53,910 nucleotides of DNA from Elusimicrobia bacterium GWA2_69_24 (GTDB lineage Bacteria; Elusimicrobiota; Elusimicrobia; UBA1565): positions 1 to 53,910 of the forward strand of contig MGTY01000132.1 in the NCBI GenBank assembly GCA_001799695.1, written 5' to 3'. The notes beneath the pieces are model-generated. The model had not been told where the DNA came from and did not search any database. It saw only the letters and a program-made list of their open reading frames with translations. Both the position numbers and the translations under genes were made by a program. Positions 1-9,418 of the stretch are shown here, piece after piece. The stretch's first letter is position 1, and every line of letters begins with the position of its first letter.

Positions 1-85
1 GCGCTTACATAGCTCACGCTATGCGCGCGCGTCGCTCCTGGTCTCGGCTCAAAATCGCGCGGCCAAATTCCGCGACAATTATCCG
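1..85 (+). repeat. Partial or degenerate copy of the family-1 repeat (right-arm region), truncated by the window edge
   Basis: Positions 1-70 resemble the right arm of element A (gcttacatagttcacactatgcgcgc...aatcggctcaa) and then diverge. Confidence 0.35.
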
Positions 86-98
86 GTCGGAGCACTAG

Positions 99-713
99 AT
101 GATCCTGAGGCGCCTGCTGCCGTTCGTCCTGGCGGCCGCGGCCCTCGGATGCGGACGCTTCCACTACTACCCCACCCCACCCCAGGCCAAGAAGCCCCGC
201 TTCCCTTTCAAGGTCTCGGTGCTCCCGTTCCAGGACGCCACGGAAGGGCCCGGCATCACGCGGATGGGCATCGCCGGGCAATGCGATCTGATGAAGGCCT
301 CCTGCAAGCCCGTAGGTATCGAGCTGAAGAGACTGACCCCCGAGGCCCTGGGCCGCTGCCTCGCCCTGGAGATGAAGTCCTCCCGGCTCTTCCAGGCCGT
401 CGAGTTCTCGGAGCAGACCCCGGGCCTGCGCCGGACGGACGTCATCCTGCGCGGGCTGGTGCGCCGGGCCGAGGCGGTGAACCGGGGACAGGAAGTCAGC
501 CTGATGTTCGCCCTGGACGTGGAAGCGGTCACCACCGCCGACTCCGAGACCCTCTGGCGGGACACGATGATCCTGGAGCGCTCCGGCCCCTCGGGCGACA
601 AGCGCATGGACCAGTATCTCCTCAACTTGATCCTGCGCACCGCCTTCTCCGACTCCGTCCGCCGCACCGCCGAAGGCCTCGAGCGGACCTTGGCCCGCCC
701 CGGCGGCCCTTAG
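99..713 (+). CDS. Hypothetical lipoprotein (signal peptide with an LAAAALGC lipobox)
   Basis: The N-terminus MILRRLLPFVLAAAALGCG is a lipoprotein signal. No recognisable catalytic motifs. The TAG stop overlaps the TTA flank and first base of the downstream repeat element. Confidence 0.55.
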   Translation: MILRRLLPFVLAAAALGCGRFHYYPTPPQAKKPRFPFKVSVLPFQDATEGPGITRMGIAGQCDLMKASCKPVGIELKRLTPEALGRCLALEMKSSRLFQAVEFSEQTPGLRRTDVILRGLVRRAEAVNRGQEVSLMFALDVEAVTTADSETLWRDTMILERSGPSGDKRMDQYLLNLILRTAFSDSVRRTAEGLERTLARPGGP

Positions 714-1094
714 GGCTCGTAAAGAAATAAGTGGCATGATTCGCCGGGTGCGATTTTGGAGCGAGCCGAAGCGATGCGAGACGCGCAGGCCTTAAGGCCT
801 GTAAGTCGAGCAACGCGAAGGCGCAGCCCCTGCGGCGATAGCGCCGCAGGGACCTGCGGCAGGGAGTAACTCCTTTCCGCAGGCCCAAAAGCGCCCCGGC
901 CCTTCGGGGAGGCCCCTGCCGCTATTGACCGGCAGGGACCGTGCAAGAAGATGTTCTCCGGACGCACGGCCCGCTATTGGCCGATTTCGTCGTTGCTCGT
1001 CGCTTACATAGTTCACACTATGCGCGCTCCTCGCGCCTAGAAATCGGCTCAACATCGGGCTTCCGAATCGCGCCACTTATTTCTTTACGAGCCC
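713..1094 (+). mobile_element. Family-1 MITE-like element, copy A. 382 bp, non-coding, multiple hairpins, roughly 23-bp terminal inverted repeats, flanked by TTA direct repeats
   Basis: Left end GGGCTCGTAAAGAAATAAGTGGC and right end GCCACTTATTTCTTTACGAGCCC. TTA sits at 710-712 and 1095-1097. Internal perfect hairpins are CCTGCGGCG-ata-GCGCCGCAGG and CAGGCCTTAAGGCCTG. The internal ORFs have no coding signal. Confidence 0.65.
912..972 (+). repeat. Nested 57-61 nt mini-element inside copy A. It is absent from copy B and has a second copy at 53405-53465
   Basis: Copy A equals copy B plus a 57-nt insertion, cctgccgctattgaccggcagggaccgtgcaagaagatgttctccggacgcacggcc, bounded by duplicated CCGCTATTG. 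It contains the hairpin CCTGCCG-ctattga-CCGGCAGG. Confidence 0.5.
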
Positions 1095-1279
1095 TTAGGC
1101 GCCGATCCCACCCCACGGCTGCCATCCACATGGCCCCCCCCGCCGCATATCACATTCCCGCGACCACCGTCATATCCGGACAATATCAGCACTTCCTACC
1201 ATCCGCGCCCCAGATTTCGTCGTGCTACAATAAACCGTCTATATCTCGTTAAGCAGACACTCTTCGCTGCGCTGACCCA

Positions 1280-1308
1280 TTGCCTTTAACCTACATTGTA
1301 GTTATACT
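1280..1308 (+). promoter_or_regulatory. Putative sigma70-type promoter of brnTA (TTGCCT, 17-nt spacer, TATACT) overlapped by two short inverted repeats. The ATG lies 5 nt after the -10 box, so the mRNA is probably leaderless
   Basis: ttgcct-ttaacctacattgtagt-tatact-gtagt-ATG. Inverted repeats are CTACAtTGTAG and ATACTgtAGTAT. Confidence 0.4.
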
Positions 1309-1313
1309 GTAGT

Positions 1314-1604
1314 ATGACCTCGCACTTCCAATGGGACCCCGCGAAGGCGAGATCGAACGCCCGCAAACACGGGGTATCCTTCGAGGAAGCGCAAAGCGTC
1401 TTTTACGATGAGAATGCTCGATTCATGGCCGATCCCGAGCATCCCGGGGGCGAGGAACGGTTCCTGCTCCTGGGGATGAGCTCAAATCCTCGCATTCTCG
1501 TTGTGTGTCATTGCTACCGCGAGGCCGAGTCCTTGATACGGCTTATTTCGGCCCGCCGTGCGACAAAGAAAGAGCAGGCGCTATATTGGGAGCATATCCG
1601 ATGA
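1314..1604 (+). CDS. brnT: BrnT-family toxin (DUF497 ribonuclease toxin) of a BrnT/BrnA type II toxin-antitoxin pair
   Basis: Begins MTSHFQWDPAKARSNARKHGVSFEEA. The size is about 96 aa. Its stop overlaps the downstream start in an ATGA overlap. Confidence 0.8.
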   Translation: MTSHFQWDPAKARSNARKHGVSFEEAQSVFYDENARFMADPEHPGGEERFLLLGMSSNPRILVVCHCYREAESLIRLISARRATKKEQALYWEHIR

Positions 1605-1813
1605 AAAGGGAATACGATTTTTCGAAGTCCACAAAGAATCCGTACGCAAAGGCTCTGAAGAAGCAGATCACCATCCGTCTGGATGAGCCGACGATCGCGT
1701 ACTTCCGTCGGATCGCCGGACAGACCGGATTGCCCTATCAGAGCCTGATGAACCTCTATTTGCGGGATTGCGCAACGCACCACAGAACGTTGCGCATGAA
1801 CTGGGCTGCCTGA
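1601..1813 (+). CDS. brnA: BrnA-family antitoxin (CopG/RHH-like)
   Basis: MKREYDFSK...LDEPTIAYFRRIAGQTGLPYQSLMNLYLRDCA is the typical BrnA signature. It shares frame with track ORF 1505..1813 and its ATG overlaps the brnT stop. Confidence 0.75.
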   Translation: MKREYDFSKSTKNPYAKALKKQITIRLDEPTIAYFRRIAGQTGLPYQSLMNLYLRDCATHHRTLRMNWAA

Positions 1814-1867
1814 CATCGGGTTCAGTCGACCGCAGCACGAAGGGACCTGGCAGCCGCGGACACCTGC

Positions 1868-1892
1868 AACTGTGCCCGGGCACAGCTCCGGG
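1868..1892. repeat. Family-4 palindromic repeat ACTGTGCCCGGGCACAG followed by CTCCGGG
   Basis: A perfect 16-bp palindrome. Identical copies occur at 29548-29572 and a partial copy at 10220-10238. All three lie in 3-prime intergenic positions. Confidence 0.5.
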
Positions 1893-1904
1893 CGCACAAA
1901 GGCG

Positions 1905-1933
1905 CCCCGGCGTCGGGGGTGCCGACGCCGGGG
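1905..1933. terminator. GC-rich hairpin (12-bp perfect stem CCCCGGCGTCGG/CCGACGCCGGGG) between the convergent brnTA and korB. It is a candidate bidirectional terminator
   Basis: The stem-loop is read directly from the sequence. It has no U-tract. Confidence 0.4.
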
Positions 1934-1963
1934 GATGCCGGACCGGTCCTGCGCGGTGCGGTG

Positions 1964-3381
<1,418 letters not shown>

Positions 3382-3385
<4 letters not shown>

Positions 3386-4812
3386 GACCGCACCCCCTGG
3401 AGGGAAAGGACTTTCGCGACGATCTCCTCTTGGGAAGGCAGTATCCCCCCCAGTCGGCGCACGGCGTGGATGGGCGGGAACTCCCGGATCTCCGCCTTGC
3501 TGATGGCCAGGCGCATCTCGTCTTCCAGCTGGCCGTTGGAGGCCTCCACCATGACCAGGTGCTTGGCCTTGCGCAGGATGGGCTTGAGCGCCGACACGGG
3601 GAAGGGCCACAGCGTGATGGGCCGGAAGAGACCGGCCTTGATCCCCTGGGCGCGCAGGGTAGCGACGGCGCCCTTGGCCATCCGCGACGGGGTGTTGGTC
3701 CCCACCAGGACCACCTCGGCGTCGTCGCAGCGGTAGGAATCCGACAGCTGCTCGGCCGCGATCATCCTCTCGTATTTCTCATTGAGGTGGACGTTGTGCC
3801 GCTCCAGATCCGCCTCGCTGAGGCAGATGGAGCAGATGAGGTTGCCCCGATGCGCCGCGTCGCCGTACACCGCCCAGTCGGGGATGCCCGGCTTGCGCAT
3901 CACCTTGGGCAGGGTGACCTTTCCGGTCATCTGGCCCAGATAGCCGTCCGCAGCGATGAGGACGGGGTTGCGGTACTTGAAGGAGAGCTCGAAGGCCTTG
4001 ATGGTCAGGTCCAGCATCTCCTGCGGGGTGGAGGGCGCCAGCACGATGGCCTGGGTGTTGCCGTGGCCGAGCCCGCGGCACATCAGCTTGATGTCCGCCT
4101 GCTCCGGCGCGATGTTGCCCAGCCCGGGCCCGCCGCGCATCACGTTGACGAAGACGCCGGGGACTTCCGAGCCGATCATGTAGGAGATGCCCTCGAGCAT
4201 CAGGCTGAAGCCCGGGGAGGAGGTGAAGGTGATGACCGGGAGGCCGGCCCCGCCGGTCCCGTACATCATGTTGACGGTGGCGACCTCGCTCACCGCCTGG
4301 AAGAAGACGCCGTCGAGCAGGGGCTGGAGCTTGGCCATCAGCTCCGCGCCCTCCGTGGAGGGGGTGATGGGGTAGCCGTACACGTGCCGGCAGCCCGCCA
4401 GGATCGCCCCGATGGCGGAGGCGTAGGTGCCCTTGGTCACCAGCGGCTCGCAGTCCGGGAAGGGGAGCATCTGGTCCGGGATGGTCTGGGGCTTGGGAGC
4501 CTCGGTCTTGCGGGGGCCGAAGAGCTTGCGGGGGTCCTGCAGCTCGAAGTCGCTCTGCACGCCTTCCGGCCCGCCGACCTCGGTCAGGCGCAAGCCGTAC
4601 GGCTCGGGGCAGGCGTTGACGCAGAGCCCGCAGGCGGTGCAGGCGTCCAGGCTCAGGGAGACGGGGACCAGACCGGTGCTCGGATTGATCTCCTTGCCCG
4701 GCGTGATGCAGCCTTTCGGGCACGCCTCGATGCAGCGTTCGCAGCCCTTGCAATAGGAGGGCAGGAGGAAGGGTTTGGGCCGGGTCTTAGGTTTGGAGAC
4801 TTTCGTTGTCAT
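3382..4812 (-). CDS. korA: 2-oxoacid:ferredoxin oxidoreductase, delta (2x[4Fe-4S] ferredoxin) and alpha subunit fusion
   Basis: Two CxxCxxCxxxCP ferredoxin motifs at the N-terminus are followed by an alpha-subunit domain. The start was chosen at M11 (GAGGTGG RBS 5 nt upstream). A consensus TATAAT overlaps the upstream ATG. Confidence 0.85.
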
Positions 4813-4840
4813 GGGCCACCTCGAAGACGGGAGTATCCTC

Positions 4841-4868
4841 ATTATACTTTTTGGAACCGCGCAAGTCA
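4841..4868 (-). promoter_or_regulatory. Putative korAB promoter (TGACTT, 16 nt, TATAAT on the minus strand)
   Basis: The reverse complement reads tgactt-gcgcggttccaaaaag-tataat about 25 nt upstream of the chosen korA start. Confidence 0.4.
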
Positions 4869-4872
4869 GGCG

Positions 4873-4901
4873 TTGACAAAGCCCCGGCCGAAAGACACAA
4901 T
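4873..4901 (+). promoter_or_regulatory. Putative divergent promoter for the 4947 gene (TTGACA, 17 nt, CACAAT)
   Basis: ttgaca-aagccccggccgaaaga-cacaat. Confidence 0.3.
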
Positions 4902-4946
4902 CACGCTGTGAAGCGATCCCTCATCCCGCCCTCCGACAGCCCCTGG

Positions 4947-6866
4947 ATGCCGCGCCTGGCAGCCGCTGCCGCGCTGCTGTGCTGCCTCGCCTCCTACGCC
5001 TTGGCCCGCGCCGGAGGGGGCCACAGCTACTCCGGAGGCGGCTTCAGCGGGGGCGGCTACAGCGGGGGCGGCTCCATCCACGGGAGCGGAGGCTCCGGGC
5101 TCATAGAGCTCTGGATCTGGCTCGTCATGTCGCACCCGATCATCGGCATCCCGGCTACCCTGCTCCTGATCTATTTCCTCTACGCCGGCGGCGGCAAGGG
5201 GCGTTCCATGTACGTGGGCCACACCATCGTCCGCGGCGCCGCTACCCAGGTGGAGTCGGAGAAACTGACCCGCCTCGCCAAGATCAAGGAGCGCGACCCC
5301 GCCTTCGACGAGAACGCCCTCGTGCGCCGGGTCATCAACGCCTTCCTCAAGATCCAGACCGCCTGGTCCGCCCAGGACATGTCCCCGGCCCGCGCCTTCG
5401 TCTCGGACGGGGTCATGGAGCGCTTCTCCATCCAGATCGCCATGCAGAAGGCCCGGGGCATGCGCAACCAGATGGAGCGCGTGGAGGTGCGCGACGCGCG
5501 CATCGCCCAGGCCGACTCGGACTCCCACTTCGACACCGTGCACTTCGCGGTCCGCGCCACGGCCGTGGACACCGACGTCCTGCTCAAGGACGGGAGCACG
5601 GTCCGCAACTCGGGCAAGACTCAATCGGAGTTCGTCGAGGTCTGGTCCTTCCTGCGCCGCCCCGGCGCCAAGACCCTCCAGAAGCCGGGGCTCATCGAGG
5701 GAAGCTGTCCCAGCTGCGGCGCCCCGCTCCAAGCCATGGACGCCGCGAAATGCGGGTCCTGCGGCTCCTTCGTGAACTCCGGCGAATACGACTGGGTGCT
5801 GGCCGAGATCACCCAGGGCGAGGAATGGACCGTGCGGCCTCCCGAGCGGACCATCCAAGGCTACCAAGCCCTGCAGCAGCGCGACCCCGCGTTCAACATC
5901 CAGTTCATGGAAGACCGCGGCTCCGTCGCCTTCTGGCGCTGGCAGATGGCCGCCTGGGAGCGTAAGCCCGACCTCCTCCAGGCCCTGGCCAACGAGGAAT
6001 GCGCGAAGGCCTTCATCGCGGAGATCTCCCAGAAGCACGTGGTATATAAGGAAGCCGCGGTGGGCGGGGTCGAGGTCCTGGCCTGCGAGAACGGCGACCC
6101 GTTCGACCGCGTCCACGTCCAGGTCCGCTGGTCCGGCGAGCGCTTCGAGATCGCGGGGGAGGAGGCCGTCTCCCAGGGGCAGTCGGTCATGTGCCACGTG
6201 TTCATCTTCTCGCGCAAGAGCACGGTGCGCACCGACCCGCGCCACGGCCTGCGCTCCCTGCGCTGTCCCGGCTGCGGGGCCCCGCCCTCGGGCTCCGCGC
6301 AATCCTCCTGCGAGTACTGCGGCGTGCCCTTCAACGACGGCAGCGTGGGCTGGGCCCTCGCCGCCATCATGCCGCGCGTCCTGTGGCAGCGGCCCGGGAT
6401 CCAGACCGCGCAAAGGGCTATCCCGGGAGCCGCCGGCGTCCCCGCCGCCCAGACCCCCGAGTCGGATTGGGCCGCCGTCCTCACTCCGGCCCACGGCCTG
6501 GCCGTGATGGTGGGGGCCATGATGCTCGACGGGACGATCGACAAGCGGGAACTCGATTTCGCCAAAGCCTACACGCGCAAGCACAACATCCCCGACTCTC
6601 GGATCGACCAATATGTCCAGGCGGCCAAGCTGGGCCAGCTCCAGATCCCGCGCCCGAAATCCCCGGCCGAGGCGCGCGCCTGCATGACCGGGCTCATCCA
6701 CATGTGCCTGGCCGACGGGACGGTCTCGGCCCCCGAGATGCGTTCGCTCCTGGCTTTCGGAGGGCAGCTGGGGATGACGCCTGACGCGGTCAAATCCCTG
6801 GCCGTCGCGGAGCGCGACTTTCTGTACCGCCGCGCCAAACAGTCCCTGGCCGAACGGAAAAATTGA
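4947..6866 (+). CDS. Membrane-anchored multidomain protein: signal/TM, Gly-rich linker, TM, two Tim44-like (NTF2-fold) domains each followed by a CxxC...CxxC zinc ribbon, and a C-terminal TerB-like domain
   Basis: Begins MPRLAAAAALLCCLASYALA. Contains (GGGxS)n and the TM segment LIELWIWLVMSHPIIGIPATLLLIYFLY. The Tim44-like repeats are ERDPAFDENALVRRVINAFLKIQTAW... and QQRDPAFNIQFMEDRGSVAFWRWQMAAW.... The zinc ribbons are CPSCGAP...CGSCG and CPGCGAP...CEYCG. The TerB-like region is DGTIDKRELDFA...CLADGTVSAPEMRSL. Confidence 0.6.
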   Translation: MPRLAAAAALLCCLASYALARAGGGHSYSGGGFSGGGYSGGGSIHGSGGSGLIELWIWLVMSHPIIGIPATLLLIYFLYAGGGKGRSMYVGHTIVRGAATQVESEKLTRLAKIKERDPAFDENALVRRVINAFLKIQTAWSAQDMSPARAFVSDGVMERFSIQIAMQKARGMRNQMERVEVRDARIAQADSDSHFDTVHFAVRATAVDTDVLLKDGSTVRNSGKTQSEFVEVWSFLRRPGAKTLQKPGLIEGSCPSCGAPLQAMDAAKCGSCGSFVNSGEYDWVLAEITQGEEWTVRPPERTIQGYQALQQRDPAFNIQFMEDRGSVAFWRWQMAAWERKPDLLQALANEECAKAFIAEISQKHVVYKEAAVGGVEVLACENGDPFDRVHVQVRWSGERFEIAGEEAVSQGQSVMCHVFIFSRKSTVRTDPRHGLRSLRCPGCGAPPSGSAQSSCEYCGVPFNDGSVGWALAAIMPRVLWQRPGIQTAQRAIPGAAGVPAAQTPESDWAAVLTPAHGLAVMVGAMMLDGTIDKRELDFAKAYTRKHNIPDSRIDQYVQAAKLGQLQIPRPKSPAEARACMTGLIHMCLADGTVSAPEMRSLLAFGGQLGMTPDAVKSLAVAERDFLYRRAKQSLAERKN

Positions 6867-7990
6867 CCCGCGCGCTTTTCCGCCTGCTCGTCGCGGGACT
6901 GTCCCTGCTGGCCGCGGGGCTAGGACTCGAGACCGCCGTCCGGCTGACCGGCCGCTTCCCGACCGCGGGCATCTGCCCCGACCCGCTCACCGGCTGGCGC
7001 TACTGCCCGGGCTATCGCCGCCGCACTCAGGACCCGCAGGGGACGCCCTTCGTCCTCTCCATCAATCGCGCGGGGTTCCGGGACGACGAGCACGCCCCAG
7101 CCAAGCCCGCCGGCATCAGCCGGATCCTCATCCTGGGGGACTCGTATGCCGCCGGGACCGCCCTGCCCCGGGAGAAGACCGCCGCAGGCCTGCTCGAGAC
7201 CGCGCTCAATGCGGGCACCGCGCCCGGCGAATCGCGCTTCGAGGTCATCAACGCGGCCGTGGCCGCCTGGGCGACCGACCAGCAGCTCCTCTATCTCAAG
7301 AACGAAGGCCTCCGGCTCCAGCCGGATTTCGTCATCCTTCTATCGGCGCCGAACGATGTGCGGGAAGCCTACGCCAAAGGATTCTTCAAGGTTGAGGACG
7401 GGACCCTGCGCGTGTCCCCCCACCCCCCCCTCCCGCTCAAGACGCGCCTGCTCTGGCACCTGGCCGCCGGTTCCGGCTTGTTCCAGCTCCTCCAGGATAA
7501 GCTGTTCCACACCAGCCACGGCGCTTTCCCCCGCGTCTTCCAAGACTACCCGCCCACGTTCCGCATCGGCGACCGGCTCTGCGCGGATCAGGACCTGTTT
7601 CTGAAGAACGAGCCGCCGGAACTCTCCCGGGCCCTGGAGCTGTTCGACGCCTTCCTGCTGGAAACGGCGCGCGTCTCCCGGGAAGCCGGGGCCAAGTTCA
7701 TCCTCTCGGTGGTGCCCACCCAGCTGGAATTGGACGGCCGATTGCCCGGGATACCGTTCGAGCCCGGCAGGGTCTCCGAGCGCGTCCGCCGCCTGGCGCG
7801 CAAGGACGGCCTCCCCTTCGTAGACCTGTTCGCCGCCTTCAAGCGGGAGAAGGATTTCCGGGACGCCTTCCTTATCGGGGATTACCACCTCAGCGAGGCC
7901 GGTCACACCCTCGTCACGAACGAAATACGGCAAACTATTTTGCCCTTATTACATAAGGAAAATCATCGACTTTTAATGTCGAGTGACTAA
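6863..7990 (+). CDS. SGNH/GDSL-like hydrolase family protein with an N-terminal TM anchor (possible TTG start)
   Basis: ILILGDSYAAG resembles an SGNH block I. A hydrophobic N-terminus is present. The start codon is uncertain. Confidence 0.45.
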   Translation: MTRALFRLLVAGLSLLAAGLGLETAVRLTGRFPTAGICPDPLTGWRYCPGYRRRTQDPQGTPFVLSINRAGFRDDEHAPAKPAGISRILILGDSYAAGTALPREKTAAGLLETALNAGTAPGESRFEVINAAVAAWATDQQLLYLKNEGLRLQPDFVILLSAPNDVREAYAKGFFKVEDGTLRVSPHPPLPLKTRLLWHLAAGSGLFQLLQDKLFHTSHGAFPRVFQDYPPTFRIGDRLCADQDLFLKNEPPELSRALELFDAFLLETARVSREAGAKFILSVVPTQLELDGRLPGIPFEPGRVSERVRRLARKDGLPFVDLFAAFKREKDFRDAFLIGDYHLSEAGHTLVTNEIRQTILPLLHKENHRLLMSSD

Positions 7991-8081
7991 GTCAGGACTT
8001 GAAAATGACGCAATTGTCTGCTATCACTTCAGTACCCGGTCCTTCTCACCGGGAGTCGTCGCGCCGAGAAGAGGCAATCCT

Positions 8082-9344
8082 GTGCATTTGACCTTGATCA
8101 TCTTGGCGTCACTCCTCCTATATCCCGGGTCCTCCCTCCTGGCGAAAGATTCCGCGCGCTACGACCTCTCCTACTATTCCACCACGGACCTCGCGCAGGC
8201 CCACGCCCGGCGCAGCGCCATCGTCGCGGCCCTGGGCCCCGAACTGGGCGCCCGCCTGCGGGTGGTGCGCTCCGACTCCGGTTTTGCCGTGGTCTATCGC
8301 CGCCGCGGCAATGCCGAAGGCGCGCGCAACGCGGCCGCGAACCACTCCCGCATCCTCACCGCCCGCGGCATGGGCGCCGCCAGCGTGGTCGCGGCCAAGG
8401 ACTGGGTCGAGGTCGCCAAGGGCGCCAAGCTGCCGGCCCCGGCCGCTCAGCCCGCGTCGCCCCCTCCTCCTCCCCAGGCTCCGCAGCCCCAGAGCGAGGC
8501 GAAAGCCCCCGCGACGGAGACGGCCCTCATCGATTCCAACCAGCGCCAGTGGCTGGAGTCCATGATCGAAGCGCGCATTAAGAGCCTGCGCCGCGACGGC
8601 CACCTCGCCGCGGACGAACGCACCGCCTGGTCGGTGTACGACTTCACGACCGGGGAAAAGCTGGTCGAGATCAACGCCGACATCAAGCTGCAGGCCGCCA
8701 GCCTCATCAAGCCCTTCGTGGTCCTGGCCTACCTGCACCAGGTGGATCAGGGCAAGCTCAAGTACGACGACCTGGCCCGGCGGCACATGGTGCGCATGAT
8801 CCAGCACTCCGACAACCGCTCCACGAACTGGGCGCTGAAGCGGCTGGGCGGCCCGGCCGCGACCTCGCGCATCCTGAAAGCCAGCTACGGCCGCATCCTC
8901 AAGGGCCTGGAGCTCGTGGAGGCCATCCCGCGGGGCGGCCGCACCTACCGCAACAAGGCCTCGGCCGCCGACTACAGCCGCTTCCTGCTCGCCCTCTGGA
9001 AGGACGAGCTCCCCCGCTCCGACGAGATCAAGCGCCTCATGGCCCTGCCCAAGCGCGACCGCATCAGCACCAACACCGAGGTGCCCGAGGACAACGAGGT
9101 GCTCAGCAAGACCGGCAGCACGCGCCACCTCTGCGGGGACATGGGCCTCATCCTGGCCCGCTCGCCGGACGGCACCGAGTATCCCTACGCCCTAATCGGC
9201 ATCATCGAGAAGAAGAGCGCGGCGCGCAACTACCTGCGCTGGCTCCGCTCCCGGGGCAACATCATCCGGGAAGTCTCCAGCCTCATCTACCGCACCTTGG
9301 GCGAGCGCCACGGCTTCGCCCCCACCCGGCTCGCCGCCCGCTGA
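8082..9344 (+). CDS. SPOR domain fused to a class-A beta-lactamase-fold serine hydrolase (SxxK, SDN and KTG motifs)
   Basis: A signal peptide is followed by the SPOR-like segment FAVVYRRRGNAEGARNAAANH. The serine-hydrolase motifs are ASLIKPFVV, HSDNRSTN and SKTGST. The start was taken at GTG (V34 of the track ORF) with a GAGG RBS. Confidence 0.6.
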   Translation: MHLTLIILASLLLYPGSSLLAKDSARYDLSYYSTTDLAQAHARRSAIVAALGPELGARLRVVRSDSGFAVVYRRRGNAEGARNAAANHSRILTARGMGAASVVAAKDWVEVAKGAKLPAPAAQPASPPPPPQAPQPQSEAKAPATETALIDSNQRQWLESMIEARIKSLRRDGHLAADERTAWSVYDFTTGEKLVEINADIKLQAASLIKPFVVLAYLHQVDQGKLKYDDLARRHMVRMIQHSDNRSTNWALKRLGGPAATSRILKASYGRILKGLELVEAIPRGGRTYRNKASAADYSRFLLALWKDELPRSDEIKRLMALPKRDRISTNTEVPEDNEVLSKTGSTRHLCGDMGLILARSPDGTEYPYALIGIIEKKSAARNYLRWLRSRGNIIREVSSLIYRTLGERHGFAPTRLAAR

Positions 9345-9349
9345 CCCTC

Positions 9350-9371
9350 GAACTCTGTCTGGGCAGAGTTC
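9350..9371 (+). terminator. Hairpin GAACTCTG-tctggg-CAGAGTTC immediately after the stop codon (no U-tract)
   Basis: An 8-bp perfect stem lies 6 nt downstream of the stop at 9342-9344. Confidence 0.3.
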
Positions 9372-9418
9372 GCTCCTAAGGCAGCGCCGCACCCGTCCCA
9401 AGGTCACATATCGGTGAC

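Noticed and set aside
710-1252. ORFs 710..967, 792..1076 and 941..1252 inside MITE copy A, and 10443..10813 inside copy B
   Set aside because: The sequence is repeated in both orientations and has extensive hairpins. It has no RBS and no coding-like composition, so it is non-coding repeat DNA.
4806-4946. Upstream extension of the Tim44/TerB gene to ATG 4806
   Set aside because: It would overlap the korA coding region and the divergent promoters. The signal-peptide-like sequence begins at M48 (4947).
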